Origin: Eledone cirrhosa
Lineage: Eukaryota
Assembly: GCA_964016885.1 (NCBI GenBank)
Contig: OZ024741.1
Coordinates: 44,578,001-44,642,000, forward strand
Direction of reading: 5' to 3'
DNA: 64,000 bases
Shown here: positions 1 to 14,941 of the stretch, piece by piece
Layout: every line of letters begins with the position of its first letter
Position numbering within the stretch: position 1 is the stretch's first letter
Made by a program: the position numbers and the translations under genes
Notes under the pieces: model-generated
What the model was told of the DNA's origin: nothing
The model's database searches: none
Seen by the model: only the letters and a program-made list of their open reading frames with translations

Positions 1-179
1 TTATTACATTTCAAGTACGATATACATAAACATATTAGACGCAAGAAGGTTTACAGGAATAATAAAAATGATATAAAGCAATGTATGAAAAAACAAATAA
101 AATAAGGATATGAGAAAAAATGTTATAAACACAATCATTGTTTAGCATTGTTTCTGAGATTCCTTAGAAAATACATTAA

Positions 180-1075
180 TCACAGCCACTATAGGATCGA
201 TGGACAGCTTCTTGTTGTCTTGAAATGCTCTCCTATTACTGTTCGTATAAACGGTGCTAAGTCGAAACCATTCAATGTGGGTGTCGTATAAGACCAAGGC
301 TGCGTACTGTTACCTCACATTTTCATAATCTTCATGGGCAAGATGGAATGCGCAATGGATTGGAAGTGATGTAAAGCTGGCCGGTATAGGATCAGTTCGT
401 TGGAATTTGCGGACAGCATAAAACGCCCAACTTGTCAGAAAGTGATCTCTGACATACACTTCATAGGTTGGATGCCGAGTGATTAAAAGGAGGAAGAAAA
501 TAATTGCTACAAAGACTGAGACAGGTGTGCTCCTAAGGAAGCTTGCGCTGTGCACTCTATGTGGGAATAGAGTTTCCCTGAAGCAGATGGAGAAGTGCAC
601 GTATTTCGGAGCCCTGTTCGCTAGTGATGGATGGCAGGAGGCTGAATTAAGTGTAATAATTGAAGGAGTGTTTGCAATAATGCGGGAAATTCAGCATTCG
701 TCTATTAGAAGGCAGCTAGATGTAAAAGCCAAACTTGTTATCTTCAATACGGTATTCGTGGAAACCATTACCTTTACCATGGTTCTTGTGTAATGACCGA
801 AAGAATACAGACGCTCGAAATAGGGTGCTTCCGAAGATTCTTTGGAGTAACGTTAATCGATAGAGTGCTTCACTCAGAGATCAGAGAGTCACTCCAGGTG
901 GAGCCGCTACTTCTCCGAATTAATAGATCACAGCTCCGATACTAAGGATATTTGGTAGAATGTCTCAGGAAAGAATCACTCATCAGATTTTATGAGAAAA
1001 ACGAAGTAGCAGGAGACCGTAGGTAGACCCCGAGCAAGATGGTTAGATAACGTCTATAGGCCAGGGTTGGCTTAG
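180..1075 (+). mobile_element. Degenerate 3' fragment of an RTE-clade (Expander-like) LINE
   Basis: Broken reading frames give VRINGAKSKPFNVG..QGCVL (RT motif B), LKQMEKCTYFG, AKLVIFNTVF, QVEPLLLRINRSQLR and GRPRARWLDNV, typical of the RTE RT C-terminal region. Many stops and frameshifts. Confidence 0.75.
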
Positions 1076-1187
1076 CTTCTGGATCCAACCGGATCAATAG
1101 GACACGGCTGCTTCTGACAGGCCCCGCTGGAAGACGAACCTACCAGGAATAAACGAGCGAAGAAGTTAAATATATTTGTACAAACAG

Positions 1188-1270
<83 letters not shown>

Positions 1271-1271
1271 C

Positions 1272-1598
1272 GTATATATTGCCAGGGAACGTCTCCACGA
1301 ACCACCGAAACAGAATATTAGTCTACGACTTAATTTATACCATAAACCTGGTTTTGTCTTTGCGTATAATTGTCCTCACCGCTCCAAATAATGACGTATT
1401 ATCTTCGCTTTTTCCCGTTCATTGCCAGGGAACGTCTCCACGAACCAAAGTATCGTCTTCCTGTTTTCCTTCGGTTGCAACGTTTTTCGAAATATTTAAT
1501 TCTGCGTTCACAGATTGATTTTTTTAGTTTCAGAAGATCCCGTTAAGGGTGAAAGCAGCGATTCTTTGCTTAAACTTGAATCCGTTATTTTAATAAAA

Positions 1599-1600
<2 letters not shown>
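1272..1600 (+). mobile_element. Short non-coding PLE-like 3'-end fragment between (TC)n and (TA)n
   Basis: 27-bp direct repeat ATTGCCAGGGAACGTCTCCACGAACCA (about 1278 and 1421), a hammerhead-like motif, then AATAAA running into (TA)n. Confidence 0.5.
1526..1576 (+). ncRNA. Type I hammerhead-like motif with variant core CAGAAGA
   Basis: AGTTT-CAGAAGA-tCCCgttaaGGGt-GAAA-GCAgcgattcttTGC-TT-AAACT. Stems I, II and III all pair; the core has U4>A. Confidence 0.55.
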
Positions 1601-1690
<90 letters not shown>

Positions 1691-1694
1691 TATA
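1600..1694. repeat. (TA)n microsatellite, representative of dozens of (TA)n, (CA)n, (GA)n and (TACA)n tracts in the window
   Basis: Directly visible. Confidence 0.98.
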
Positions 1695-2086
1695 CAGTAT
1701 TTACGTATCGAGAGAGAAAAAAAAAGGGGGGGGGAGGATAGGTGATACATATAGTTATTTGCCAAGTAGTGCATGCCAAAGGTGCTCTATACTAGTGCCG
1801 GCAGTATTAAATATTCGAATTTAGTGGGCTAGATAGTTAGCAGAGCGTAAGCACGTGGGAAAGTAAGAAATCGGAGAATAGACGGTTAAACATGTTTATT
1901 TAAAACAGCACCTACGTACGTTTCGCCCAGATGGGCTTCTCAAGGGCATAAATAATGCATAAATAATTCTCAAGGGCATACAAAATATTTATGCCCTTGA
2001 GAAGCCCAACTGGGCGAAACGTACGTAGGTGCTGTTTTAAATAAACGTGTTTTAATGGTCTATTCTCCGATTTCTTACTTTCCCAC

Positions 2087-2088
<2 letters not shown>
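1695..2088. mobile_element. Asymmetric inverted-repeat PLE-type insertion in (TA)n
   Basis: Arms about 1853-1953 and 1987-2088 (few mismatches), with an unpaired extension on the left. Each arm carries a hammerhead-like motif. Confidence 0.7.
1992..2031 (+). ncRNA. Minimal hammerhead-like motif, variant core CTTGAGAA (mirror copy on minus strand about 1908-1948)
   Basis: TGCC-CTTGAGAA-GCCCAacTGGGC-GAAAC-GTAC-GTA-GGTG. Palindromic stem III as in PLE minimal hammerheads. Confidence 0.6.
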
Positions 2089-2125
<37 letters not shown>

Positions 2126-2128
<3 letters not shown>

Positions 2129-2420
2129 GACACCCACACATACCACCACCACCCCCATTTCACCCATACCCTCCACCCTGGCCCCACCAGGCCGGATCTT
2201 TCACGCACCTCCCCATCATCTTTTTTAACTTCCTTCCCCAACCTTGTCACAATACTCTTATATTTATCTGTTCTCTCCTTATATGAAATTTCCTGAAGAA
2301 GGACGTCTGTCCGAGACGGTGAAACCTCTTCCACTTCCATCAAGCGTGAACCTAATAAAACTGTAAAATTGCTTCCTGTGCTTTCTTTGTTGTTTTGTTT
2401 GTTTCATTTATTAACTAAAT
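2126..2420 (+). mobile_element. 3' end (pLTR) of a C-rich PLE, resembling the end of the 40811-45622 element
   Basis: C-rich UTR, then TTTC-CTGAAGA-aGGACgtctGTCC-GAGAC-ggtGAAA (2289-2324), then AAGCGTGAA..AATAAA and a T-rich tail ending in TA. Confidence 0.6.
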
Positions 2421-3971
2421 ATATAAATATATTTCTGTATATCTATATTTATTTACATATACATATATGCGCGTATCCTTTTGTGTGAAACGTCGAAATG
2501 TTGCCTAATTTCTTAACAAGTGTCTCAGTGTTTCAATATTTATCGCTAACAAAACGCCTTGTTTAGGACCATGTTATAAACATATGATTCATGCTACCCA
2601 ATAAGTTATCATACATATTATTTCTTAATATGTCATTTAAAAATTTTCTTCAAGCTTATTTCTCATGATATATGTATCGTTACTAGAAATAAATATATTT
2701 CTCACAAAATATTCATGCTAAAGGATTAGAAGTAAAGGATTATACATAGTCATATGTACGAAAGATCATTTATTTTTCTTAATTGAGCGTTCATATATAA
2801 CAGAAATAAAAAGGTGTCTTCTTTATTTCCCCAGGAGATATATTTAAATGAAAAAGACAATTGTACAGCAAAAATATTGTGTTTTACATAAAACCTCCAT
2901 ATATCTCTCAATATGACAAACGTCTTAATGAAAATTCTATCGAAAATGCATATAGCAATTTCTTTTTTCTATCTAAAAGAATATATTCTGAATGCAATAT
3001 TTATCGGGAAGTTTCTAAACCTGATTAAAATGCATAAAATTGATTTTCTATAAACTGGAAATGTTATAGCATTGATACCATCATGTATTTTTTTTTCGTC
3101 ACAACGAAATATTTTCATTTTCATTTAAACTTTGATATTCGGTATCATAATCAAAATGTGATCGATTGTATTACATAAACCAATATACTAGAGTATTCTC
3201 TTCTTTATTTCACATGTATTTGTATTCATATCACCAACATCAATGCATTTCTTTTTTTTAATGTTTCTGCCTATGATTCTTGAAAGACCAGCCTGGTATT
3301 ATTCTTCAAAGCTACTGGAAGAATTACAACGAAGTAATTTAACATACCACCAGGTGTGAAATCAGACACAAAGCTTGTTTAATTATGTGAAGGTTTTATA
3401 AACTAAATCAACAAAAGTTGTCAGATTATTTTTTAAAATTTGGCATGTGTTTGATGGATAATGTGATTCTCATAAAAATCATAGTTTGCTTAAAAAAAGA
3501 ACCCAGAAAAAAAGAAACAAAAGCAAAGAACAACAAACAAATATGTGCTGCTAATCATGTCATATTGTTATAATCTGGAATGAGAACCAACATAGTGAGA
3601 TATGTGATTATTTCTTCTAAGAGAAATCAAACATAATTACGACGTTATTTGGTGTATTTCTCTCCAGGAGGAAACAGTCCGTTACATGATGTGTAGCAAC
3701 TAATTTTCTCAAGCAATTATTGTTGTTAAAGTGGTGGTGAAATGATGATTATATAGTTTAATATAGCGTACATAGAAATATGTTTCTATCGGCTTGGAAA
3801 AAGTAAATTACTAATATATATTGTGCGGTGATTATATCCATATATCCATTTTCTTTATGTGACAATAAGAATTTAATGACATGAAAAACTGTATGAATAT
3901 TGTGATATACATGTGCATACACACCCTCACACACATACAAACATATGTTATATATATGAGTATATTTATAC

Positions 3972-4017
<46 letters not shown>

Positions 4018-4577
4018 AAATATACTCATATGTATGTGTGTGTTTTTGTGTCTGTGTGTGTGCATGTTGAAGGTGACATTGGTTAATAATAGTAATTATT
4101 TACTTCGAGGTTTCGCCAAGGTTGCAGCTAATCTCGGCAAGACGTCAAATTTAGCACACTCACAATTAATTACAAATTATTATATCAATGCTACATAATC
4201 TTACAATCTGTATGTATGTATGTATGCATGTATGTATGTATTTAAGTATGTACGTATAATACAAAATGACGATGAAGTTTCGTTTCCATGTATTTATGCT
4301 TTTATTAATTATAGACCTGTTATGCAGGTTTCACAGATAAGTGGTTCAAAATTGTATCACTTAGACTATCTATCTAGCTAGCTATCGATCTGTCTAGCTA
4401 TCTTTCAGTACGGGTATAGATTTATGGTACCCATTTATGCGTGGTGCATGAAAGCGAATAACTTTGTGTCTTTTCTGGTTTATTTTACATAACCTTACCT
4501 ATTGAGATGCATCCGATACTAGCAGTGAAACTAATGCTAGTCTCGTCAACTTCTTATATATATATATATATATATAA

Positions 4578-6026
4578 AACCTCTGTCTAAGTGAGACTCA
4601 GTGGTGGGATAAATCTAATCAATCTTAGGACCGATCTCTTCGGTACATGTAGACACCTTAGGATGGGAACTTTCCTCGGGCTATATGGATAGCAACCGCG
4701 TCGGAGTGAGACGCCGAGACACCAATCCCCACCCCATACATACCTATCCTCCCTATCTTTTCGTCTCGACTAGAATTTAAAACACCACAGAGCCACACTT
4801 AGCAGCTACACCCGTGCCTCACATCGCCGTGGTCCACCCTTCTCTCTCACTTCCATAGCTCGAACCCAAATTAACAGACACTAGCTAATTAGCAAGATGA
4901 TATACGTCGGCAGTGTCCTACCCTGTGTGCAGCCAGGCACCCCATATTTCCGACCACCGGGTCTCACCACCCACCTCTGGTCTGCGATCCGGCTCTCAGA
5001 AGGATATGCTACCTCAAACCTTATTCCTTTCGCACACAAAAGTCAGTACTAACTGTTACAAGTAATTAAGACACACCTAATACCCCCCACCCATCCCTCC
5101 TGTGGGGACATATGCGTCTGTGTCTGTGTGTATGTATGCATGTATCTGTGTGTATGTATGTGTGTTTGTGCATGCATATATGTGTATGCAGTTACGTTTA
5201 GCTACGGATATATGTGCATGTATAGATGTAGGTATGTGTGTGCACCTATGTTTATATGTGTATTCACGTGTGGGTGTACGTCGATGGATGTTTGTGGGTG
5301 TGTACTAAATATTTAAAATATATATTATAATGTTTAACACTCCTAGATTTTAACACGTATAGGGTTTAACACATACAGTTATATTTATAACATCTCCCTA
5401 ACGATATGAAGAATACTAACGCCATATCACTAAGCTATATCAATTTACATACATGAAATCGTCCCTAACAACCTGAATACTACCACAACAGGGTGATAGT
5501 AATTGACCTTCTCTGTGACCTGCTCATACCACTACAGGCAAGTACGTTAACTGGACCAGAATATATGTGCAGTTAAAAGCAACCCTAACAGGAAAACTGA
5601 CCGAAGAATTTCAAGACTTACGGCTGGGGTGTTGATATGGTATCTGACCAATGAGGTAATGGTATGTCCTTTGGACGCTGGAATTCTTTCATTCTAAATC
5701 ATATGCTTTCAGTTCCTTGGATGAATAACACCACACCCGGATCTGAACATATCAACGAATTATCAAGGTAAAATGTATTCCATAACTATGTTTTCCTGTT
5801 TTTTTCTGTTCAAGTTCTAACTGCCTAATGAGGTCATAGCTGTTGAATAATGGTTATCACCGAAATATATATAACAGCGATTATGAATAAAAGAGGTTAA
5901 TTCTACCCTGTAGACTTACACATCTTGTTTTTACATTACTTAAGAGTAAAGAGACACACCTGTGCACTTCACTGAGTGCTCTAACATGCATACTGAAGTG
6001 TCAGTAAACAACCATCACATACTCAA

Positions 6027-6028
<2 letters not shown>
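4578..6028 (+). mobile_element. 5'-truncated PLE (probably Nematis-type): end of GIY-YIG ORF, long 3' UTR, hammerhead-like motif and extension
   Basis: 4578-4692 reads NLCLSE../LINLRTDLFGTCRH..* with one frameshift, matching the LCxxE..LNxRxE..CRH end of the ORFs at 47001 and 56975. CTAATGA-stem-CGAAA-TATATA motif at 5821-5877. Flanked by (TA)n. Confidence 0.7.
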
Positions 6029-6782
<754 letters not shown>

Positions 6783-6799
6783 CTATATATATATATATA

Positions 6800-7118
<319 letters not shown>

Positions 7119-7167
7119 GAGAGAGAGATAGGCGGGATTGAGAGAGAAATAAACATATATATATATA

Positions 7168-7796
7168 TGAGATATAAGAATCAAAGAACTGTTCAAAACA
7201 TTATTGTGCTTACAGCTGTTTCCTCCAAACCGAGGTTTGGATTCTTCGGAGCAATTTATTAATGCATGGACAGTTATATGACCTCCTTTTCAGCCGAGAG
7301 ACATACCAATACATATTCAAACATTGATACATATTCAAACATTGTGGGTCAACATTCATTACAGAATTTAGAGTGGCAGTACACACTTCGATGTAATCTC
7401 GAAGTGTGTACTGCCACTCTAAATTCTGTAATGAATGTTGACCCACAATGTTTGAATATGTATCAATGTTTGAATATGTATTGGTATGTCTCTTGGCTGA
7501 AAAGGAGGTCATATAACTGTCCATGCATTAATAAATTGCTCCGAAGAATCCAAACCTCGGTTTGGAGGAAACAGCTGTAAGCACAATAATGTTTTGAACA
7601 GTTCTTTGATTCTTATATTTCATATAACTGCTCTGTAAATCATCTGATGTTTTTACATTGAGCTACTTAACTTACTGGTAATAAGGTAGTAATACATTAC
7701 TGCCTACCACTATTTAGGGTGTGTGTAAAATACTTACAACTGCTTAAGGTTTTGTGTTTACATAACCATAAATAGTATAACTAATACTAATAACTA

Positions 7797-7800
<4 letters not shown>
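7168..7800. mobile_element. Near-perfect 224-bp-arm palindromic PLE-type insertion with about 180-bp right extension
   Basis: Arms 7168-7391 and 7399-7622 (about 2 mismatches), (TA)n on both sides, hammerhead-like motif in each arm. Confidence 0.85.
7536..7583 (+). ncRNA. Minimal hammerhead-like motif, core CCGAAGA (mirror copies about 7207-7254 and 6098-6145 minus)
   Basis: TGCT-CCGAAGA-aTCCAAACCtcGGTTTGGAg-GAAAC-AGCT-GTA-AGCA. The C at position 4 is shared by all three copies. Confidence 0.7.
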
Positions 7801-7848
<48 letters not shown>

Positions 7849-8581
7849 TATTAAATACTTTGGTGCATGTGATCTGATTCCCAATCCCGCCAGGGTCTTG
7901 CAATAGAGAACCACTCCAGAACTGGTGGATTGTCTGAACTTTTAGAATGTTGACTGGAATGCAGTGTTGTATCTATTCCGTGTCCCATTCACGATTCCTC
8001 CTCTCACTAGATAAGCGGTGAAACGTTTGCCTGGAGGTTTTCAATAACACATTTCGGGATATTTGGCTACTATGTTTGCCATTTCAAATGAAAGAATAGG
8101 AGTTTCGTAGTTGCTTTGTTGTTTCGTAGTCGTCGTTAACTTATGTATGTCGTTTGGGTTAATATTTCGCGTTGTAATGTACGTAGATATTTAACATATA
8201 TAACGCAATCTATCATATTAAATATTTAATGTGCATATTCTGATATGAATGTCAAAGTGCATACCTAACATAATATTTTAAAGTTTATATTAGTGATAGT
8301 TAATATTACTGATAATACGAAGAAACAGAGAGCTGAAATTCTACATCAGCCCTGTAGGAAGTGAAACGTGGTTTGCCGAAAAACGATTTAGCAGCGGTGA
8401 TTTCTATAACCTGAATAATGCTCTTCCTTGTTGTTTTGAAAGTTACTTCCGTTTTATTCAGTTTGCATGATAGAAAATACTTTGAGGGGAAGACAATGAC
8501 AAGAGGCTTTCTATGATATTTATTTCATATATTCACTCATAATGATTTTATGTACATTTAATACAAATATTTGTGCGTTAG

Positions 8582-8639
<58 letters not shown>

Positions 8640-8640
<1 letters not shown>

Positions 8641-8792
8641 TATATATATGCGTATGTTATATATATGCGTATATTATATATCATATACATTATATAAATA
8701 TAGCGTATGTACATATATACATTATATAAATATAGCGCATGTATATATATGCGTTTATTATATATCATATACATTATATAAATATAGCGTAC
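8640..8792. repeat. AT-rich minisatellite derived from (TA)n
   Basis: Three imperfect copies of ..ATACATTATATAAATATAGCG.. with shared flanking sequence. Confidence 0.7.
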
Positions 8793-10277
8793 AAAATGCA
8801 ATATCTCACTGCATATTTTGAGTGATCAAAATGATTTTTATTTTGCATACGTTCCGCCGTCGCAATTGTTGGTTGTACGGGATTTGTTTGAAGGTTTATA
8901 TAATGTGGAAACAACTGCCACTCTGTTGATATTACCTTTCATCTCTTTCTCTCTAACTAGCAAGTGACACATCACTCCCAATTGGACAAGTCAACACGTT
9001 ATTCTCTCTTGTTTCATTACAATTGACGGTCCTCACACAACAGACTTACACACAGTATGTTATTCCTCTATGGTTTCGTTTCGTAAGACTTTTTAGATGC
9101 AGGTGTCAACATAAACAACACGATACTTATATGCGCATCAAGGAATCAAGCTACATAACAGCGCTGCTTATTGTAAATATGAAGGACCCTCCAACGAAAC
9201 AGCTTGATCGTGAAATTAACCTGCATATGACTGAAAATTTCAGACAATCTTCACGTAATTCTCAAAGATATTCTGCGTAACATAGGGTGTGACTAAGAGG
9301 ATCATTTGTATTACTCCCATGTACAATCCAATCGGCGAGTTTCGATACAATTTCTGTCATCTGTATAATTCACACACACGCGTTAATAGACTGGCGTCTA
9401 TAGTATTTGTCACTTGCTTAAGTTACTATGCAGTGGGCTCAAACTTTTGACATTACTGTTATAAATCGAACTTTTAAAAATGTTTTCCTTGATCCGTCCA
9501 CAATAGATCCTACTAATGAATCTGCAAATGAGCAAATTTCCATCTGGATTCATCAGTAATTGGGCATTGAAAATTTGAAGTCAAAATCATAACATAAGCT
9601 ATTAACATGATTAATGTGAACACAGAATATGTGAAAATTGAATACGTTGAGTGGAAAAAAACAAAGGTAATTATTGATTTTATTGAATATATCAAATATA
9701 TTCTGGTGTGTAAAACTTCTTAGAAAAGCAACTATCGGTTTACTCACATTCTGGAAAAGAGAAGGATATAGCAAAGCAAAACTTCATTGGTAAGTGATTG
9801 GTTCATTAGAATTTCAAAGTGATTTATGCTTTCAAACATGTTATAAGGGAACTCCGGTTCACAGATTATATTCATATATGCTCACATACATATTCATAAA
9901 TGACATATCATGTACATTAGATCAAACAAATATATTATAACAATACGATATTAATATCTTACACTCTATAGTATTATTATTTTATTGAAATTATGCTATA
10001 CCGCTTTGATGTTATTTTACGAAATAAATATTGCGAAAGAAACTGTTAGTTCGGTGGTACATTGTTTTTCCCTTCATAGATTTTTGATCTACTTAATATA
10101 TGCAGTATTTCTTTCTTTACAACTAATTCTCTCAATCGCACTACACACACGCACACACACGCGAGTGTGCGTACATACATACATACCTTGATACATGTTT
10201 ATACATATGTATACAAACATACAATCATACAAACACACACACACACCGACGCATACAAAACACAAAAACACACACCA

Positions 10278-10710
<433 letters not shown>

Positions 10711-10741
10711 TCTATCTATCTATCTATATATATATATATAT

Positions 10742-11272
10742 AAAATAAAGTTAAATAAATGTCAAATGATTAAAATTTAGTTTCGTTTATTACTGCTATA
10801 TATATTTCAGTGACAGCTATCTTTGGCTGTGACCTCTTCAGGCAATTTGAATTAGTATGGTATAGACAAGTACATATGTTGTTTAGGTGTATAATATTGT
10901 CAATACTCTGATATGCCCAGTTCCTTGTTGTCATTTCACTGAGGAACTGGAGTCATATGACTCCAGTTCCTCAGTGAGATAACAACCCAACAAGGAACTG
11001 GGCATATCAGAGTATTGACAATATTATACACCTAAACAACATATGTACTTGTCTACACCATACTAATTCAAATTGCCTGAAGAGGTCATAGCCAAAGATG
11101 GCTGTCACTGAAATATATATAGCAGTAATAAACGAAACTAAATTTTAATCATTTGACTTTTATTTAACTTTATTTTACACTACTCCGGAGTAACCAAACC
11201 AACCTGCGCACTTCGTCGAGTGCTCCAGGCTGCATACTGAGGTGTTGGTATACAACCAACATAAACTCAAAA
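10742..11272. mobile_element. Palindromic PLE-type insertion (centre GTCATATGAC, about 10955) with right extension
   Basis: Arms about 10742-10955 and 10956-11177, with several mismatches and one small indel. Extension 11178-11272 is homologous to about 5935-6028. Confidence 0.8.
11073..11125 (+). ncRNA. Type I hammerhead motif (mirror copy about 10793-10845 minus)
   Basis: TTGC-CTGAAGA-ggtcatagcc aaagat ggctgtcact-GAAA-TATATA-TA-GCAG. Confidence 0.7.
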
Positions 11273-11303
<31 letters not shown>

Positions 11304-11402
11304 GTATATATATGTGTGTGTGTGTGTGCGCGCGCGCGCGTGTGTGTATATATTACACTATATTATTACTTACGCCCATTTACAGTCTGAGTTCATATGC
11401 GG

Positions 11403-11506
11403 CAGAGGTTAACTTTGTGTTTCAACCTTACCGGGTCGATAAAATAAAGTACCAGTAATGCACTGGGATAATTGCGGGCCTTTGACCAATGGTAGAAACA
11501 GTTATT
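11403..11506 (+). mobile_element. tRNA-SINE family A, 3' half
   Basis: Core GAGGTTAACTTTG..GGGTCGATAAAATAAAGTACCAG and tail GTAGAAACA.TTATT. Confidence 0.8.
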
Positions 11507-11885
11507 ACATATAAACATTACTTCTACAGGTCCAGAAAGGTTTAATTCTAATGAAACACGGATGGTCCTGTAGAAGTCATTTCTATATATAAGCAGTGAG
11601 GATACCGGCGATAAATATACGATAAATCGCATTTACGTCTAAAATTGCCTACATAAAAGCTAAGAATTCCATATGCTTGGTTACAAATAAATTCCATACA
11701 ATATCACTTCATACAAAATATAATAAAATATTTTAAAGGCATCTCAGTGTTAGGGAAAACATAAATGCTCCAGTCATTGTAACAGACGTAAATATTAAAT
11801 AAGAAAATACACACATATTGAATAAGAGATTATAATAAATCCTATAAACTATGACGGGAAAGGTGCATTCAAGTAATCTGAGCCT

Positions 11886-12058
11886 GGGGAACGACAGAAC
11901 TGCTTTGTATTGTAATATAAGTTACGGCCCTTTTCATTCTGAGTTCAAATCCCGCCGAGGTTAACTTTGCCTTTCATCCTTACGGAGTCGATAAAATAAA
12001 TTACCAGTAATGCACTGGGGTAATTGCTGGCCTTGTGCCAAAAGTAGAAACAAATATT
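11886..12058 (+). mobile_element. tRNA-SINE family A
   Basis: B box GAGTTCAAATCCC followed by the family core and tail. Confidence 0.85.
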
Positions 12059-12859
12059 ACAGTCAGATTAACTCCAAAATAGTACAACACGTTTAAGAAT
12101 TACTAAAGAACATATACGATGATTGAAGTTAGCGAAAAGAGGGGAATAGCTAAATATAATAGAAGAGAAGCCATACATTTTGTTACAATGCATGAAGAGA
12201 TATTTAGCGTTAACGACACAAATAAATGAATTGGATAGATCTGAATACTAGATATCAGAGCGTAGCACGAAATTTGCTATTAATATAGGGAAAACAACGA
12301 TCGAAGGCTGATAGCTACTCGCATAACTTTTAAAAAGTCTTACTTTTAGGAAGTGAAGTAGCGAATATATTTTCTAAACATTGAAATGTAAAACCGTTAC
12401 CTGATACAAAATAACGAACACTACAATTTATAGAAATGTGGGAAAATATCAACGAATGATTATGCTAAGTTTCAAAGCAGAATAAACGTAAAAAGATTTA
12501 AAAGAACTACAAAAACAACAAAAAAGAAGGATTAAAGTACGAACCAGAATTGGGTTAAATTAAAGTTAACATATTTCCAAAGCCATCAGATCGGATTTTA
12601 TATCTGGATTCATTTTCCGTCGGTATTAAGCAACTACGTTTACAAGACAGCAGACCTGTCAACTCGCCCCGTGCGACAGGGAGATCTCCCACTTAATCGG
12701 GTGTGGGTGAGAGATATATTCTTTTGTGAAAATGAGAATAGCTTTCATTATATAAAATCTTCCCATTTTGCCTCAATTCTCCCAGTTTTGGGGGAACCAT
12801 TTTACATGGTACTCCCCGTTTGGGTTTTTAGAGTTTGGTCTGAGACAGACCATTGGAGG

Positions 12860-13000
12860 ATTAGACTCCAGCTACTGCTGGTACATATTTTTAACTGAGT
12901 TCACTAGGACAGCGTGAAATGGTGTTTTTTGCCGAGGAACGCAATGTACCACGACATAATGATCATAGTTCTAATGCCTTCACCGCTACGACACGCTGCG
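12860..13000 (-). mobile_element. Degenerate SINE remnant
   Basis: CTGGTACATATTTT..ACTGAGT..CAGCGTGAAAT..TTTGCCGAGGAACGCAA resembles the reverse complement of the family B core. Confidence 0.4.
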
Positions 13001-14287
13001 TCACTGGGTATGGGTGAAAAACGTATCGCATTCTAAATTTCTCTCTTAGATTACAACAGAAAACGACATCGCCAACACACAGCAACGTCCTTGGCAGTAA
13101 TATACTGCATAGTGAAGAAAAAATAAGGCAGGATAAAATGTTTAATTTAAAATGAGTTGATATATGAATTGGCAGTATCTGAGTGTCGCTTATTTTTACA
13201 TGAGAAATGTCCATCCCGACATTGATTACACAGTCACGTTTGTAGTTGACAACGGAAAGCTTACGTACCACAGAGTCAGATATGAAATTGGACCCATATA
13301 AGTCAAGACAAAGTTTTCAAACAAAGAAGAATATAATGAATGTATTCACGAGCAAGACACAAAATTTACGTGTTATAGGTTGAGTGGTGTACTTTGAATA
13401 TTTTTTCTACCAATTAAATCCCGGAATAAGCTCATGGATACCGAACTTCTGAACTTGGGCCGAACTTTATAATAACCTCAAACTAATGGATTACATAAAA
13501 GACATGAACCCATTGCGAGCTGCATGCAGACCTCCCTACAGCTGCATGCAGACCTCCCTACAGCACATCCAGAAATTGGACTTAGATAGTTTTCGAATTA
13601 ACAAAAAAACAATAACTAAAAGCTGAAATTTCTAAGAAATTATCCGAGCTGTTACAGAAAGTTAATTAAGTATTTGTCATAGATTTATCATCTAAATATT
13701 CTACATCCCATCTAATTTTAATCTCTACAATAACTAAAATGTTGATTAAGAATCAAATATATTACTTTGAGTGTAGTATGGAATTAACTTATATGAAAAT
13801 AATTGTCATTCCTATATTGAAGTGATTTGCTAAATTTGAAAAGTATAATAATAGAAGGCACACTTAAAATATTTACAATGTTGATTAACTGTATTATTAT
13901 GTATATATGGCACTCTAAGCGTAATATAGAAAATCGTATGCAAATTTAACAGAGAGAGGAAAAAAGTGGGAAAATGGAAAGACAATTCTATTTCAGTCCA
14001 TTTGCAATAGTTGAATTAATTATGAAATAACATGAGATTACTAAAAATAAGAGACATCAGCCACTATCTGAGTCAGTCGATATACAGTGTTTCCAATTTA
14101 ACTACAACGTGACCGCTGGGTATCAATGTTCCACAAGTCTCTCCTCCCTGAAGCAACGTTCTAACATTCTAACTGTTTATGGTGCCACAGAAAAGTACAA
14201 TCTATCACATCCCGCGGAATGCCTTACCGGTTCGAGAAATAAGTTACCGGCAGAGTGAGCCTTGTTAAACCGAATGGGAATCCTTAA

Positions 14288-14517
14288 CCCCTTAGCATTT
14301 GCATTACTCTAAACTTACTATTGTATTTTCACAGTAAAGGCTTTACCTCACATAATTATCTCATATAATATTGAATCTATGATTTTGATATTATTTATTT
14401 GATATTAATTTTGAGAAAAATACCTTAATATCTGTATGAGTGGCTGGTTACAGCCAGTTTGAACAGAAAGAGGTGAGAGAATTCTGGCCGTAGATGGCCG
14501 GATTAAATGCTGAAGGG
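14288..14517. mobile_element. piggyBac-type MITE
   Basis: TTAA on both sides (14284-14287 and 14518-14521); imperfect TIR CCCCTTAGCATTT / AAATGCTGAAGGG. Confidence 0.75.
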
Positions 14518-14941
14518 TTAAAGTTACCTTTCGCAAATTTCTCTTCAATTGTAGTATGCATTCAAGTAAGAACAGACAAAGATATACTGATTTAACACAT
14601 GCTTCCGGAGTTGCTGATCATTTAATTTGTATTTTAATGTATGTCAGCGCTCGTGTGTACAAACTCCTTTTTTGAAAAATTTTGTTTCTAAGACCGAATG
14701 ACAAGAAGTCTTTCGTATCCATCAACATTGGCAGATTGGGGTACGTATTCTCTTCTTTCTCTATCTGTTTCTTCCTCTCTATCACTGTATAACTTTCTCT
14801 GTCACTCTGTTCCCCATCTCTCCCTTTTTCTCTGTATATATTTCATTGAGTGAATGGTAAATTGCAATATATCATGATATACGAAAATTATTAATCCATA
14901 AATGTATCCATCCACCCTTTTATACATACATACATACATAC

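Noticed and set aside
7210-7580. Two nearly identical 104-aa ORFs on opposite strands
   Set aside because: Automatic consequence of the DNA palindrome; no protein motif.
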